Assembly (NCBI RefSeq): GCF_006345805.1
Contig: NC_043001.1
Span: 117,366,001-117,430,000, forward strand
DNA: 64,000 nt
Direction: 5' to 3'
Source: Octopus sinensis
Taxonomy: Eukaryota
A program made the translations under genes and the position numbers. Shown piece after piece: positions 41,433-53,944 of the stretch (positions are counted from its first letter, which is position 1; every line of letters starts with the position of its first letter). The notes beneath the pieces are model-generated. The model ran no database searches, was not told the DNA's origin, and was given only the letters and a program-made list of their open reading frames with translations.

Positions 41433-42696
41433 CTTGGTGACCAAGTCAGTAGTGGGGGTGGGTGTGCTGAAAGTGTAACGGCTAGAGTAAGAATAGCCTG
41501 GGCAAAGTTTAGGGAGCTCTTACCTCTGTTGGTGACTAAAGGCCTCTCGCTCAGAGTAAAAGGCAGACTGTATGATGCATGTGTACGAACAGCCATGCTA
41601 CATGGCAGTGAAACATGGGCCGTGACTGCTGAGGACATGCGTAAGCTCGCGAGAAACGAAGCCAGTATGCTCCGTTGGATGTGTAATGTCAGTGTTCATA
41701 GTCGACAGAGTGTAAGTACCTTGAGAGAAAAGTTGGACCTAAGAGGCATCAGATGTTGTGTGCAAGAGAGACGATTGCGCTGGTATGGTCATGTGGTGAG
41801 AATGGATGAAGATAGGTGTGTGAAAAAGTGCCACACCCTGGCAGTTGAGGGGACCTGTGGAAGAGGTAGACCCAGGAAAACCTGGGTCGAGGTGGTGAAG
41901 CACGACCTTCGAACTCTAGGTCTCACCAAGGAAATGACCAGAGACCGAGACCTATGGAAGTATGCTGTGCATGAGAAGACCCGGCAAGACCAGTGAGAAC
42001 AAACAAAATCAAATCATATATCAGAAAGCAGGGGTTAAGTGACCCATCCGTTCGTGTCCGCTGTCAGCCTCATCTGGCAACCGTGCCCACGTAAAAGCAC
42101 CATCCGTTCGTGTTCGTTGCCAGCCTCGCCTGGCCCCGTGCCGGTGACACGTAAAAGCACCGTCCGTTCGTGGCCGTTTGCCAGCTCTGTCTGGCCCCGT
42201 GTCGGTGGCACGTAAAAGCACCATCCGTTCGTGGCCGTTTGCCAGCTCTGTCTGGCCCCGTGTCGGTGGCACGTAAAAGCACCATCCGTTCGTGTCCGTT
42301 GCCAGCCTCGGCTGGCCCCCGTGCCGGTGACACGTAAAAGCACCGTCCGCTCGTGGCCGTTTGCCAGCTCTGTCTGGCAACCGTGTCGGTGGCACGTAAA
42401 AGCACCATCCGTTCGCGTCCGTTGCCAGCATCGCCTGGCCCCGTGCCGGTGACACGTAAAAGCACCATCCGTTCGTGGCCGTTCGCCAGCTCTGTCTGGC
42501 ACCTGTGCAGGTGGCACGTAAAAAACACCCACTACACTCGTGGAGTGGTTGGCGTTAGGAAGGGCATCCAGCCGTAGAAACACTGCCAGATCTGACTGGG
42601 CCTGACGAAGCCTTCCAGCTTCACAGACCCCAGTTGACCCATCCAACCCATGCTAGCATGGAAAGCGGACGCTAAACGATGATGATGATGATGATG

Positions 42697-42697
<1 letters not shown>
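41432..42697 (+). mobile_element. 5'-truncated RTE LINE with minisatellite 3' UTR and (GAT)n tail, inserted in the (TA)n of a SINE-B
   Basis: YLGDQV..RVRIAWAKFREL..LHGSETW..RRLRWYGHVVRM..GRGRPRKTW (open to 41996). About eight 56-60-bp repeats at 42040-42520. The SINE-B halves flank it at 41178-41430 and 42700-42885. Confidence 0.9.
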
Positions 42698-42729
<32 letters not shown>

Positions 42730-43066
42730 TGACAGGCTTCTTTCAGTTTCCGTCTACCAAATCCACTCACAAGGCTTTGGTCGGCCTGAGGCTATAGTAG
42801 AAGACACTTGTCCAAGGTGCCACGCAGTGGGACTGAACCCATGACCATGTAGTTGGTAAGCAAGCTACTTGCCATACAGCCACTTTTTCATTAAAATAAT
42901 TGTATTTTGGCCTTTTTGCTATATTTAGATGTGTATGTGAACGAACATGCTTCCAATACAAACCTGATCCCTTTGTATAAAAAGAGAAAGTATAAGAAAG
43001 ACAATGAGTCACTGTTTTAATTTGCTGTTCCTGAATAACACATATTCACCACTGTCTTTTGCTTAC

Positions 43067-43156
43067 CTGGAACTTTGCCAGATTGGAAAGTAAAATAATG
43101 CACACCTAAACGGTACATATAGTAGACAAATATTTCCCAAATGACCAGCCAACCAT
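43067..43156 (-). CDS. Candidate 90-nt internal coding exon of an unidentified minus-strand gene
   Basis: Bounded by acceptor ctgttcatttttttaAG and donor CCAG|GTAAGC. Symmetric length, open as xDGWLVIWEIFVYYMYRLGVHYFTFQSGKVP. No protein family recognised. Confidence 0.4.
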
Positions 43157-43714
43157 CTTAAAAAAATGAACAGTATATTGGACAATGCAGTCCTAGATAT
43201 ATGATTACTGAACAATGAAGATGGATGTTCACAGATGTTATGTCGCTATCATCATCATCATCATCATCATCATTTAACGTCCGCTTTCCATGCTAGCATG
43301 GGTTGGACGATTTGACTGAGGTCTGGTGAACCAGACTCCAATCTGATCTGGCAGGGTTTCTACACCTGGATGCCCTTCCTAATGCCAAGTATTATATCTT
43401 CAACACCAGGATTGGCCAAGGATTAAATAGAATGTATAGAAATAAAGCTGTTACAGTTGCTTAGTGCTACACAAACATCAGGTACTAATTATCTTAGATG
43501 TAATAATGAAAGACGTAACGACGGGTATTTTGTGAATTTGATTATGAAACAAAATTGGAGTTTATTAAACTTTAAATTCAAGATTAATTTAAACTTTAAT
43601 AAATGTTTGATGAAAATGTTTGTCAGTATAGATCAATACTTAATGTCCATAGAAAAGTATATTCATTTATCAAATGAACAGATTTAGTTTTTGACAGATT
43701 TGTTGTAAATTTCA

Positions 43715-45079
43715 TTACAAAGGAATATCATTTCCAATTTTCTCAGGTTTTCTTCTCTCCCAACCTGCACGAATATTATCAACATAACAACTGACCCCTG
43801 GTAAGGACAAAACAAGTTTTAAGAATAATGTCAACAAAGGAAGTATGCAACACATGAAGGTATTTGAGTAATAAAAACTCGAAGGGTGTTTTAGCCAGTT
43901 TGGCAGGCCTATGATAAAGACATGCATTACTGCGAAAAATACTGTTACATATCCTAAGTGACTTTGAGTAAAACGCCATTCTTTCCAGTTGAGTATTTCA
44001 CTAACACTTGGAAGAGAGGAAATTCCAACAAGAAGCATTAAGAACAGAGCTATAAATCCAGCACTTATTAAAGATTCGCCTTTGAGGTTAAGATGTACCT
44101 CATAAGGGGATATAACTGAGGAATTAGCATGTGGACTAGTAACGTACCATGTAGTAGCATAGCCAGGGGAAATAAGTACCAGGGACATCCCAACATGCCA
44201 GAAACTGAAAAGAAGAGCATAAAGTCCTATCATTTTGCGGGATTTCATCCATTTGTCCATCCATTTAGGGAAATCTTTGTATTTTGTTCCATTGTAAATC
44301 TGTAAAAATCCTGCCAAGCAACCTGGTAAATAAGAAGAAGCTAATAAAGTAATGGCTGTCAAACAGACTATTTTGTTCAAGAACGACAGTGGCATTCGAT
44401 ACCAGGATATTTGAAGATTGTGGCTGGTGTAGTAGATTACAATCTTTGCAATTACAATTACGAACCAAACCAGAAAAGTCACTAATGTATAAATACTAGG
44501 TATACCCCATCCCGACATAAGTGTCAGGGGATAAGCTTCCAGTTTCCTGGCAGCACCTAAGTTACCACAGTCAACGGGAGGAATCCCAACATCACGTGAC
44601 AATTGCATAATTCTCTCTCGGGCATGTCTATTATTTCCGGCTACGAAATTTCTTATGCTTCCACCAAAGTTCTCACTTTCAACAGCATAAGCAGACAACG
44701 TGTTAAAAGATTTCACAAACTGAATATCAGGGAAAATGATAGCTAAATTTTCTGCATTTGATTCAATTTTACTTGGTTTAGTGCGATTTGAGATATCAAC
44801 GAAAATTTTTCCCACCAAATCATTCTTATATGGTCGAAGACAGGATTCCATGCTAGAATAAGGAATTGCCAGGATAAAAATTTCAATTTCCTTGTTTGTA
44901 AGAACATTTTTAACGGAGTCCACTTTGACATTGCTCAACTGTTTATCTCTGGTGATAAAAGATCGTTGAAGTGGATTTCGACTACCAAAAACGATTTCAT
45001 ATCCAGCTTGTAAAAGTCTTTTCCCTAATGCTGTTCCATAGTTTCCTGTACCAAGAATGCCAATTGTTTGGTTTTCCAT
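43715..45079 (-). CDS. STEAP: STEAP-family metalloreductase (STEAP2/3/4-like, with N-terminal NADPH oxidoreductase domain), 454 aa, single coding exon
   Basis: Intact ORF. Rossmann motif IGILGTGNYG, GSRNP, VDISN, ESNAENLA and VKSFN match the STEAP oxidoreductase domain. The TM domain has GTKYKDFPKWMDKW, RKMIGLYALLFSFWH and FAVMH (two heme His), LPSV..LNWKEW..QSHLG and C-terminal IRAGWER. Paralog number cannot be assigned by eye. Confidence 0.95.
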   Translation of the reverse strand: MENQTIGILGTGNYGTALGKRLLQAGYEIVFGSRNPLQRSFITRDKQLSNVKVDSVKNVLTNKEIEIFILAIPYSSMESCLRPYKNDLVGKIFVDISNRTKPSKIESNAENLAIIFPDIQFVKSFNTLSAYAVESENFGGSIRNFVAGNNRHARERIMQLSRDVGIPPVDCGNLGAARKLEAYPLTLMSGWGIPSIYTLVTFLVWFVIVIAKIVIYYTSHNLQISWYRMPLSFLNKIVCLTAITLLASSYLPGCLAGFLQIYNGTKYKDFPKWMDKWMKSRKMIGLYALLFSFWHVGMSLVLISPGYATTWYVTSPHANSSVISPYEVHLNLKGESLISAGFIALFLMLLVGISSLPSVSEILNWKEWRFTQSHLGYVTVFFAVMHVFIIGLPNWLKHPSSFYYSNTFMCCILPLLTLFLKLVLSLPGVSCYVDNIRAGWERRKPEKIGNDIPL

Positions 45080-45090
45080 AGTTTCTGCGT

Positions 45091-45112
45091 CTGTTAAGAA
45101 ATAAAAAAGTAA
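45091..45112 (-). promoter_or_regulatory. Splice acceptor of a 5'-UTR intron, 11 nt upstream of the STEAP ATG
   Basis: Minus strand reads ttttttatttcttaacAG|acgcagaaactATG: a polypyrimidine tract plus AG at 45092-45091. Confidence 0.7.
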
Positions 45113-47746
45113 AAATTAAGATTACATGTGTTTGTACATGAGAGTAAAGGATTATATGCAATACAAACATAAAATGAATGAATTGCAGGGATTCTCTATG
45201 GTTACTCATTTTGCTAGACATAGTAGTCAAATTCCTTCAAATCAGGTTCATTAATTTTTTTTTTTTTTAATGGAAGTAATTATTTGCTAATATAGTTCAA
45301 GGTATAAAAGGAATAGTCATGGATAGACTGTCTTTGATGACAGGTTTACTTGATCAAGGCTGAATTGGAGACGAACACTAACATAAACATTTATAGATGA
45401 AAAGCTCACAATAATTATGCCATTTTCTAAAAATTTCAAACTCTGCATACCATTATTTAGAACCCGAGAAGAGATAGTCTGGATATCTCCAAAGTAGACA
45501 TCTCATTTCCTTCTGTGCCAGTATGGAAGGAGAGGACCATGAAGTGATGAGTATACAGCTGATACTCACACAATAGCTCTAAGTAGGATGAAGTAACCAT
45601 TTAATGAAGAAAAGTTTAAGCACTATCAATATAGATTAATCAGCTCTATGGCATGGAGGGTTTATTTAGAGGAGGAAAAGGCAGAACCCATTGCTATTTA
45701 TAGTGTCTTTGTGATAGGTAGGAAGAAGGGATGAAGATATTCACAGATTAGAGATAGGACTTGGATGTTTGCAACTGATTGCACTCCATAAAAAACAAAG
45801 GCAAGGGTACTCATGTTTAACCAGATAAAAGTTGATTATGTTTACCACTAAAAAGCAGGAACCATCTAACCAACTAACTACCAACTATCCAACACAATTT
45901 CCATCAACTAAATTTTATGCACATGACTTTGATGAAGCTGAAGTTATGGTAAGAGACATATGTCCAAAGTGCCACATGGTGATCAAATCTGAAAACCATG
46001 TAGTCAAGAGGCAAACTTCTTTAGCCATGCAGGTACATGCAACCCACACATTTCTCCACCTCACATCACCCTTTCGCCCTACCTATAAGCACCATACTAA
46101 CCACTGTATCCAGTCCTTTCTTCCTAAAACATTGGCCTCTGGTACCACCTCCCTGCTCATGCTCATATCTTTCCTGAAGGTGTGAGTTTCTCTCCTTTTG
46201 TTATCACATTTTTATTGAAAAATACTATCTTTGTTTCAGTTAATTATGAAAATTATAAAGAATTTAGTAAAGTAATTCTGCCATTATTAAGCTGGTGTTT
46301 GGAACATAACTTAACATTTCAATGGAAGGTTTTAACTTAGATCACTTTAAAACAAAAAGTCTATATCATAGAATTTGAGGCATTCTCAGGCGGATTGGTA
46401 TCAAAAGGGTTAAATGGAAACTCAGTCTCACCAGTTTTGGCAGTTCAGAAGAACTGCTTTTCTTTCAGAGCCAGGAAGTAAAAATTCAATAAATATGAAG
46501 AAAATAACTGCAAGCATGTTATACATAACGTTCATTTTCTTTTAACATTCAATTTCCTGTTATGCCTGGTTTTTCATCCTTGAAATTTTCAGCTTCTTCC
46601 AACAAGATAAACCTTCAACAAATATTGATTTCACACTTCAAAACTTTCAAAACCTTTCATTCATATAAAATCAGTAAAGGATTCTTGATATCAATGTTGA
46701 TTTCAAATTTTAGCATAAAACCAGCAATTTTGGGGAGCAGGTAAGTTGATTACATCACCTCCAGTCCTCAACAATCTTGGAAGGATGAAGAGTAAAGTTG
46801 GCCTTGGTAGGGTTTGAACTCAGAACATAAGGATGCTGCAGCCTACTGGCTTACCAGTCCTCAGTCAAACTGTCAAACCTATACCAGCACGGAAAATGGA
46901 TGTTAAACGATGATGATGATGATGGATAATGTGTCAATCCACTACTGTTGTTTCCAACAAATTTTTATTTGATTAATGGAGACATTACATCATTAGAAAA
47001 ACAAAAAACCGTTTCCATCAGGTGAATACATGGATTACAACATTGAAAAACATTCTTATGAAACATTCCATCCTCTATCCTTCCCTACCCACTCACCCTA
47101 TGTAATTCTCTGTACCATTTATTGTACCTTGTAAGCATGTCCCATTGTACCTTGTAAGCATGTCCTACTGTACCTTGTAGGCAATGGCATGTACCCCTTC
47201 ATGATTCTATGACCCTTGCTGGTCACAGAATGAATTTGTTAGTTCAGTTTGGTTGTATTATAGGAGAAAATAATGTGATGTCATGCGTGGGTAATGAAGG
47301 AGGTTAGAGGATGAGGTATGAGGGAAGCAGGAAGTGAAGCAACTTGCACCTACAACTAACATAGAGTGAATTTCTTTTATCTTTTAATTCTGTTCAACAA
47401 GCTGTTTTAGAGCTAAAGTAGAGAGGGTTATTTATATATTCATTTATTTAACAGCCTTCATGACCCCTTTATGACTATAGAGATATGTTTGGAGTGCTTC
47501 TTTCATCAATGTCTTCATTGCTTTAATGTTCATTTTTACATGCTCACATGAATGGGCAGAATTTGTTAAAGTGGAATTTTCTATGGTTTGATGTCTTTTC
47601 TGTCATTACTCTTGCCTATTTCCAAGTAAGGTAATATTTTCCCCATGACTAAACATCTTTTCATAAAAGACTGGAAACAAAAGGCACCACTTGCATGATT
47701 GTGACACACATTTACAACTATCCTAATGTCAATGCAAAGAGACAAC

Positions 47747-47801
<55 letters not shown>

Positions 47802-48504
47802 AATAGGCTTCTTACAATTTGTCAACCAAATACACTCACAAGGCTTTGGCTGGCCTAGGGCTATAGTAGAAGATACTTGCCTAAGATACCATGCAGTGGG
47901 ATTGAAGCCAGAACCATGTAGTCAGGAAGCAAATTCCTTACTACAAAGCCATGCCTCTCTCTTTTACTCTTTTACTTGTTTCAGTCATTTCACTGTGGCC
48001 ATGCTGGAGCACCACCTTTAGTCGACCAAATCGACCCCAGGACTTATTCTTTGTAAGCCTAGTACTTATTCTATTGGTCTCTTTTGCTGAACCACTAAGT
48101 TATGGGGATGTAAACATACCAGCATTGGTTATCAAGCGATGTTGGGGGGACAAACACAGACACACAAACATACATATATATAGATGTATATACATATATA
48201 CGACGGGCTTCTTTCAGTTTCCGTCTACCAAATTCACTCACAAGACATTGGTCGGCCCGAGGCTATAGTAGAAGACACTTGCCCAAGGTGCCTCACATTG
48301 GGACTGAACCTGGAACCATGTGGTTCGTTAGTAAGCTACTTACCACACAGCCACTCCTATGCCTGCTCATTCTTGCTCCATTATACTTAGAAATCAGAAT
48401 AAATTTTAAAATATCATAAATTTCTTCTTCATATTCAGACTGTTGACCATGACTATGTTCATATACATTATATATTCACATCGAACAACATCAATGGAAA
48501 TTGC

Positions 48505-49150
48505 AGCTGTGATACCAGTGCCGGTGGCACGTAAGAGAACCATCCAAACGTGGCCACTGCCAGCACTGCCCCCGACTGGCCTCCATGCCGGTGGCATGTA
48601 AAAAGCACCATCCAATCGTGGCCGTTGCCAGCCTCGCCTGGCCTCCGCGCCAGTGGCACGTAAAAAGCACCATCCGATCGTGGCCGTTTGCCAACCTTGT
48701 CTGGCACCTGTGCCAGTGGCACATAAAAAGCACCCACTACACTCACGGAGTGGTTGGCGTTAGGAAGGGCATCCAGCCGTAGAAACACTGCCAGATCAGA
48801 CTGGGCCTGGTGCAGCCTTCTGGCTTCCCAGACCCCAGTTGAACCGTCCAACCCATGCTAGCATGGAAAGTGGACGCTAAACGATGATGAGGATGATGAT
48901 GATGATGATATATTCACATGCAATACATACTCATCGTCATCATTTAATGTTTATCTTCCATGCTGGTATGGGTTAGACAGCTTGACAGGAGCTGGCAAGC
49001 CTCAGAGCTGCACCAGGTTCCATTGTCTGCTTTAGCATAGTTTCTCCAGCCAAATGCCCTTCCTAATGCCAATCACTTCACTGAGTGTACTGGGTGCTTT
49101 TTACCTGGCACCAGCACCAGTGAGGTCACCACATAACCTGCAAGACAAAG
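48505..49150. mobile_element. Two orphan RTE 3'-UTR/tail copies in opposite orientation (also 43250-43390 -)
   Basis: Same aggaagggcatccagccgtagaaac..aaacgatgatga sequence as 42540-42697. Confidence 0.75.
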
Positions 49151-49490
49151 ATCCCTGACTGAGTAGGAGAGTAGTGTTGGGGGAGGTAGCTTCATGCCAT
49201 ATGACAGATTAAAGTATAAAAGAGGGATAAAAATAGGTATCTTGTTATAGAGGAGATACCTGTCTACCCCAGCTGGAAATGAAAGGAAAGAGAAATAGAG
49301 TCAGAGACAAAGACAGGCAAACAAAGTGAGAGAGAGGACAGATGATGATGGAGATGAGTTGGGACATACCTACAAGGAACAATAAGTGGTACAGAGGATT
49401 ATACAGGGTGAGTGGGCAGGGAAGGATAGAGGGGGGAATGTTTCATAAGAGGGTGGTTAATATTTTATATATTCACACATATGGCCTTAA

Positions 49491-49709
49491 CCCTTTAGTA
49501 TTTAAACCGGCCATATCCGGCCAAAATAGCTAATCTGTTTTATGTTCAAACTGACCAGATCCAGGCTCTCACACCTACCCTACAATGTTATTCTACATTA
49601 AGTAATTACACCATCAAGCTCTTGAAGATATGAGATAATACATGATTAATTCAAATAAATGGGACTCAATAGGCATTATGCTCGATTGAATAATCTGAAC
49701 ACTAAAGGG
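49491..49709. mobile_element. piggyBac-type MITE
   Basis: TTAA-CCCTTTAG ... CTAAAGGG-TTAA. Confidence 0.75.
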
Positions 49710-50532
49710 TTAATAATGTTGTTGGTAAAAGAGCACATTAAAACACAACTTTTTTATGCTTTAATCAACAGAGAAACAAGAGCGCTCATGACTGTTTACA
49801 GGACCTCCAAGACAGATGGCAGAGAGGGGGGGGGGGTATTATCAGACCAAAGATTTAGACTAAATTTTTGCAACAAAGTTGACTCCATTAAGAGCATCCA
49901 AGAACTATGTCATAGTTAAAGAAGACAACAGATAAATAAAACCATTCAGTATTATGAACAGCTTCTTTGATGGGCTTTGGTTGACTCAAGTCTATATAAG
50001 GAGATATTTGCCCAAAATGCTGTACAGTGGGATCAAACCTGAAGCTATGAAGGTGCCAAGCAAACTTCTTAATCATATATAACTGTGTCTAAGGAGTGGT
50101 GCTAATTGGCTGACATATGCAAATGTGTGTAATGAAAAGCCGATTCTGTACTAACAAATTGAAACCCAATGCAGTATGGACAAACATAGCCAGGATTTCA
50201 ACCTTATGTTCATAGATTTAAAACAATATGTACACATGTGTATTTTGCATACATATATGTAGCCCAGTGAGAGTGTGTGTGTGAGGGGGATTGTTAAACC
50301 TGTCAAACTCCTAACAGCTAAGTATGTGGTCTGTAAACCAAACACTAGTATAGGAATATATATTATTTTATAGTATATGAATAAGATATCGTTTGTACTT
50401 GCCATGACAAGATGGACAATCATCTGAATTCAGCAAAATTTCATAACTGCTCATTTTTACTATAAAATACAAAGAAATATTAAAGCATTTACACAAACTG
50501 AATGCTTAGGGAGTGACTCAACAATTCTTGTA

Positions 50533-51505
50533 CCGTAAATCCTTGAGTATAGTCCGCCCTTGAGTATAATACGCAGGGGATTTTTAGGGGGCTGTACCTC
50601 TGAAAAACCTAAACCTTGTGTATAACACGCACCCCTTCTGTAACTTGAGTCAAGGAGGTCTGTATAACGTCCTTGGTTTGTAAAAATGTATACGGTAACG
50701 TCCTTTATTATTATTGTATATATAACATAATGCAAACGTGAAGCTTTTTTGTGCATTTTGTTTGCAGAAAATAAAGAAATAACAGTAAAAACGTCAGTGA
50801 GAAATAAACATTAAGTAAATTACCTTTACATATTTATCCCTATCAGTTACAAAAGCAAAAGCAAAAACATTTATTCAAATCCTTCAAATTCAACATCACT
50901 TTCAGCATTAAATAACTGTTCCGTTTGTTCCTCCGTAAACATGTCAGCATCCTTGTAGTGTAAATCTCCGTCATCGTCAGATTCATAGTCAACATCTGAA
51001 GATTCACTTTCATTTATTTCATCTTTCCATACAACGTCATCCTGAGTACCAATACAAACAGCAGGATGAACTATTTAGCGCTAAACTATTATGCACAATT
51101 CGTGCATAATTAAGCCAGCAGCACCCAGTCGAACAAACACTTCCGCGCATGTGTAATACAATAATGGTGATGTTCTTAACTGTTATATGGGAATGTAAAT
51201 GTGTTTGCAATTTGTTTTTGTGACCCCTTTAATCTGTGCTCTGAATACTTTTACTTTAATAAATGTTGCTTACTGCAAGTTATGGATGATTCTTTTATGA
51301 CTTCATTGCTTTCAGGATTAGCTTAACGTATTTTAGCGCCCAACATCACAAAATGCGTCTGAATAAACATTGCCAGACAGCAAATAGAGACTCAGATATT
51401 ACTTAGAAGATATTTTTCATTTTTAACCTCGTATATAGTACACACTAGGGATTTTGACCTTTAAATTTTGGGGAAAAAATGTGGATTATACTCAAGGATT
51501 TACGG
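50533..51505 (-). mobile_element. Tc2/pogo-type non-autonomous DNA transposon
   Basis: TA-CCGTAAATCCTTGAGTATA ... TATACTCAAGGATTTACGG-TA perfect TIRs; residual transposase C-terminus GTQDDVVW..DVEFEGF*. Confidence 0.85.
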
Positions 51506-51551
51506 TACTTAATCTTTTTCATCAGGCCAGAGCAATCACGCTAATTCATTA

Positions 51552-53944
51552 CACTAGGCAACAAAGATTTTGTTACAGAAGACCAAATAGGTGTTTCTTG
51601 CTAATTTCAGTATGCTGATTTCAAATTTATAATTGGATTCTTTTTGTATCATGTCTAAACTTTGTGTAGAATGCAAATCACTTAGTAAAATTTCCTACTA
51701 CTTCCAGATTTTGGTTTTGACTTAAAGCCAATAATATGAAACTTGCTTTTCAAGTTTAAATCTTACAATTTTGATCAATAAAAATTATCCTGAGTTGGCA
51801 GCACTGAGTCAATAGCATAGTAATGGCCTAATGGTTAGTTGCTATATGACAGTCAAGTAGGGCAGTTTTTGAAGCTCTCTGTTGGTACACAATAGGCTGT
51901 GGTACCTTGTGTATTTTTATAGCATTTGTTTTGTACTACGGTGTGTATTTCTTTTTATTTTGTACATTGTGATTATTACTTTCTACATTTTTTTCCAAAT
52001 ATTGTATGGTAATTAAAATGCAATCAAGTAGATGTGCTTGTGTAAATTACCCAGACAATTTCTGCTATATCTGTGGACAATATACACCAAATTCACAACG
52101 TAGAAACATAACAACAAAGATTAAACTTGCCTACAAGGATTATTTTGACTGTAAGTTAGGAAAGCAAGAGAGAGACTGGGCACCACATATCAGTTGTGCA
52201 CAGTGAAATGCAATGTTAATAGCTTGGATGAATGGTAAAAGAAAAGTGATGCCATTCTCAGTCCCCAAGGTTTGGTGTGAGATGAAAAATCACTTCAATG
52301 GTTGCTATTTTTGTTTAACAAAGATTGCTGGTTTCACATGGAAAAACAAATCAAAAACCATGTACTCAAACTACAAATCAGCAATAAAATCAATGCCACA
52401 TGATGAAACAAATCCACCACCAGTTCCACCAGCAATGACAACAGACAGCAGTTCATCTGAAGATTCTGCTAGGTGTATAGAAATAGGGAAAGATGGGGTA
52501 TATGTTCCAGATGCAACTAGTTCCCCACACTTGTTAAGTCAAGCAGAATTAAATGGCTTGGTGTGCAATTTGGAATTACCAAAAGAAAAACCAGAGTTGC
52601 TTGGTTCCAGACTTCAAGAATGGAATTTCCTCCAGCCAAACAAATTTTCCCATTTCTGCCATTGCCATCTACAAGTTTTCATCATTTTACTTACAGGAGG
52701 AAAACGTTTGTTTCTTCCATGATATTAGTGGACTGGAAAGGATTGGCTTTCACTATGATCCAAAAGAATGGAGACTGCTCGTTGACTCTAGTAAAGCTGT
52801 ATCACTGCACAACGGCAATGAAAAGCCTCCAATACTTGCAGCACATGCCACTTGCCTTGATGAGACTTATGAATCAATGGAACTGCTGCTAAAACTCACC
52901 AAATATAAGGACCACATATGAAATATTTGTGGCAGCCTTGAAGTAGTATTATTACTTCTTGGGTTACAGCTGGGCCACACAAAGCCTATGTGCTTTTTTT
53001 GTCTATGGGGCAGCAGAGATGACAAGAACCACAACAAAAAACATGACAGACCATCTAGAACTGAACATGTTGTTGGTAAACTCATTCACCCTTGGAAAGT
53101 ACATCTTTCACCTCTTCACTTTAGACTTGGCCTTATGAAAGATTTTGTGACGAGTATGACCCATCAAAGTAGTGGTTTCCAATATTTAATGGATAAATTC
53201 AAAAGAATATTGACAAATGCTAAGCTAGAAACTGGAGTTTTCACTGGACCACATACCTTCAGTGTCATCCACGATTCATTGTTTCCATCTAATATAAATG
53301 AGATTGAACTAGGAGCATGAACATCTTTTGTTGAACTGGTCAAAAACGTTTCTTGGAAACTACAAAACTAAAATCCATGAACTTGAAGAACACATCCCAA
53401 AAATGGGATGCAGAATGTCTTTGAAAATGAAGTTTTACATTCTCATCTTGACTTCTTCCCAGCCAGTGATGAGCATGGTGAGTACTTTCATCAACAGACT
53501 TCAGTAAAAGAAAATAGATACCTAGGTAATTTCAACCAAAATATGATGAGAGATTATTGATGGTTCCTGCAGAAGGAGAGCTCATCATCCTACAAGTATT
53601 AAAGGAAAAGGAAACACCAAAGTTTCACTTTAATGCCCTTCAGTGGGATGGTTGGGCACAGGGATGGCAATTCTGCCATAAAAGAGGACAGACATCTCCT
53701 GTTCATTAATTATTTAAGTATGTTTAACATAAAATGGGGCACAGACAGAAAAGTAGCTTAAACAACTTTTGTAATAGAAGCAGCTGAGAAAAAATGAATA
53801 TTAAGGGTTTTCGGTTACACAAAATCTGGACATTATTGAGAAATTTATAAATCAGATCTGAAATTAGCACCAGAAATTTGATAGGAATCAGTAGTTTATG
53901 TGTCTGTAACACACACAAAGAAAGTTGAAATTTGTTGCCTAAAG
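51552..53944 (+). mobile_element. Decayed near-full-length DNA transposon, Chapaev3-like (CMC group)
   Basis: TTA TSD on both sides; termini CACTAGGCAACAAA / TTTGTTGCCTAAAG. Broken transposase: CVNYPDNFCYICGQ, WAPHISC, CYFCLTKI, CFFCLWGSR, PLHFRLGLMKDFV, SDEHGE.FHQ. Family assignment is from memory of termini, TSD and motifs. Confidence 0.7.

Noticed and set aside
42040-42520. Regular 56-60-bp repeats that superficially look like a CRISPR array
   Set aside because: No unique spacers and no cas genes; eukaryotic context; it is the 3' UTR minisatellite of an RTE LINE.
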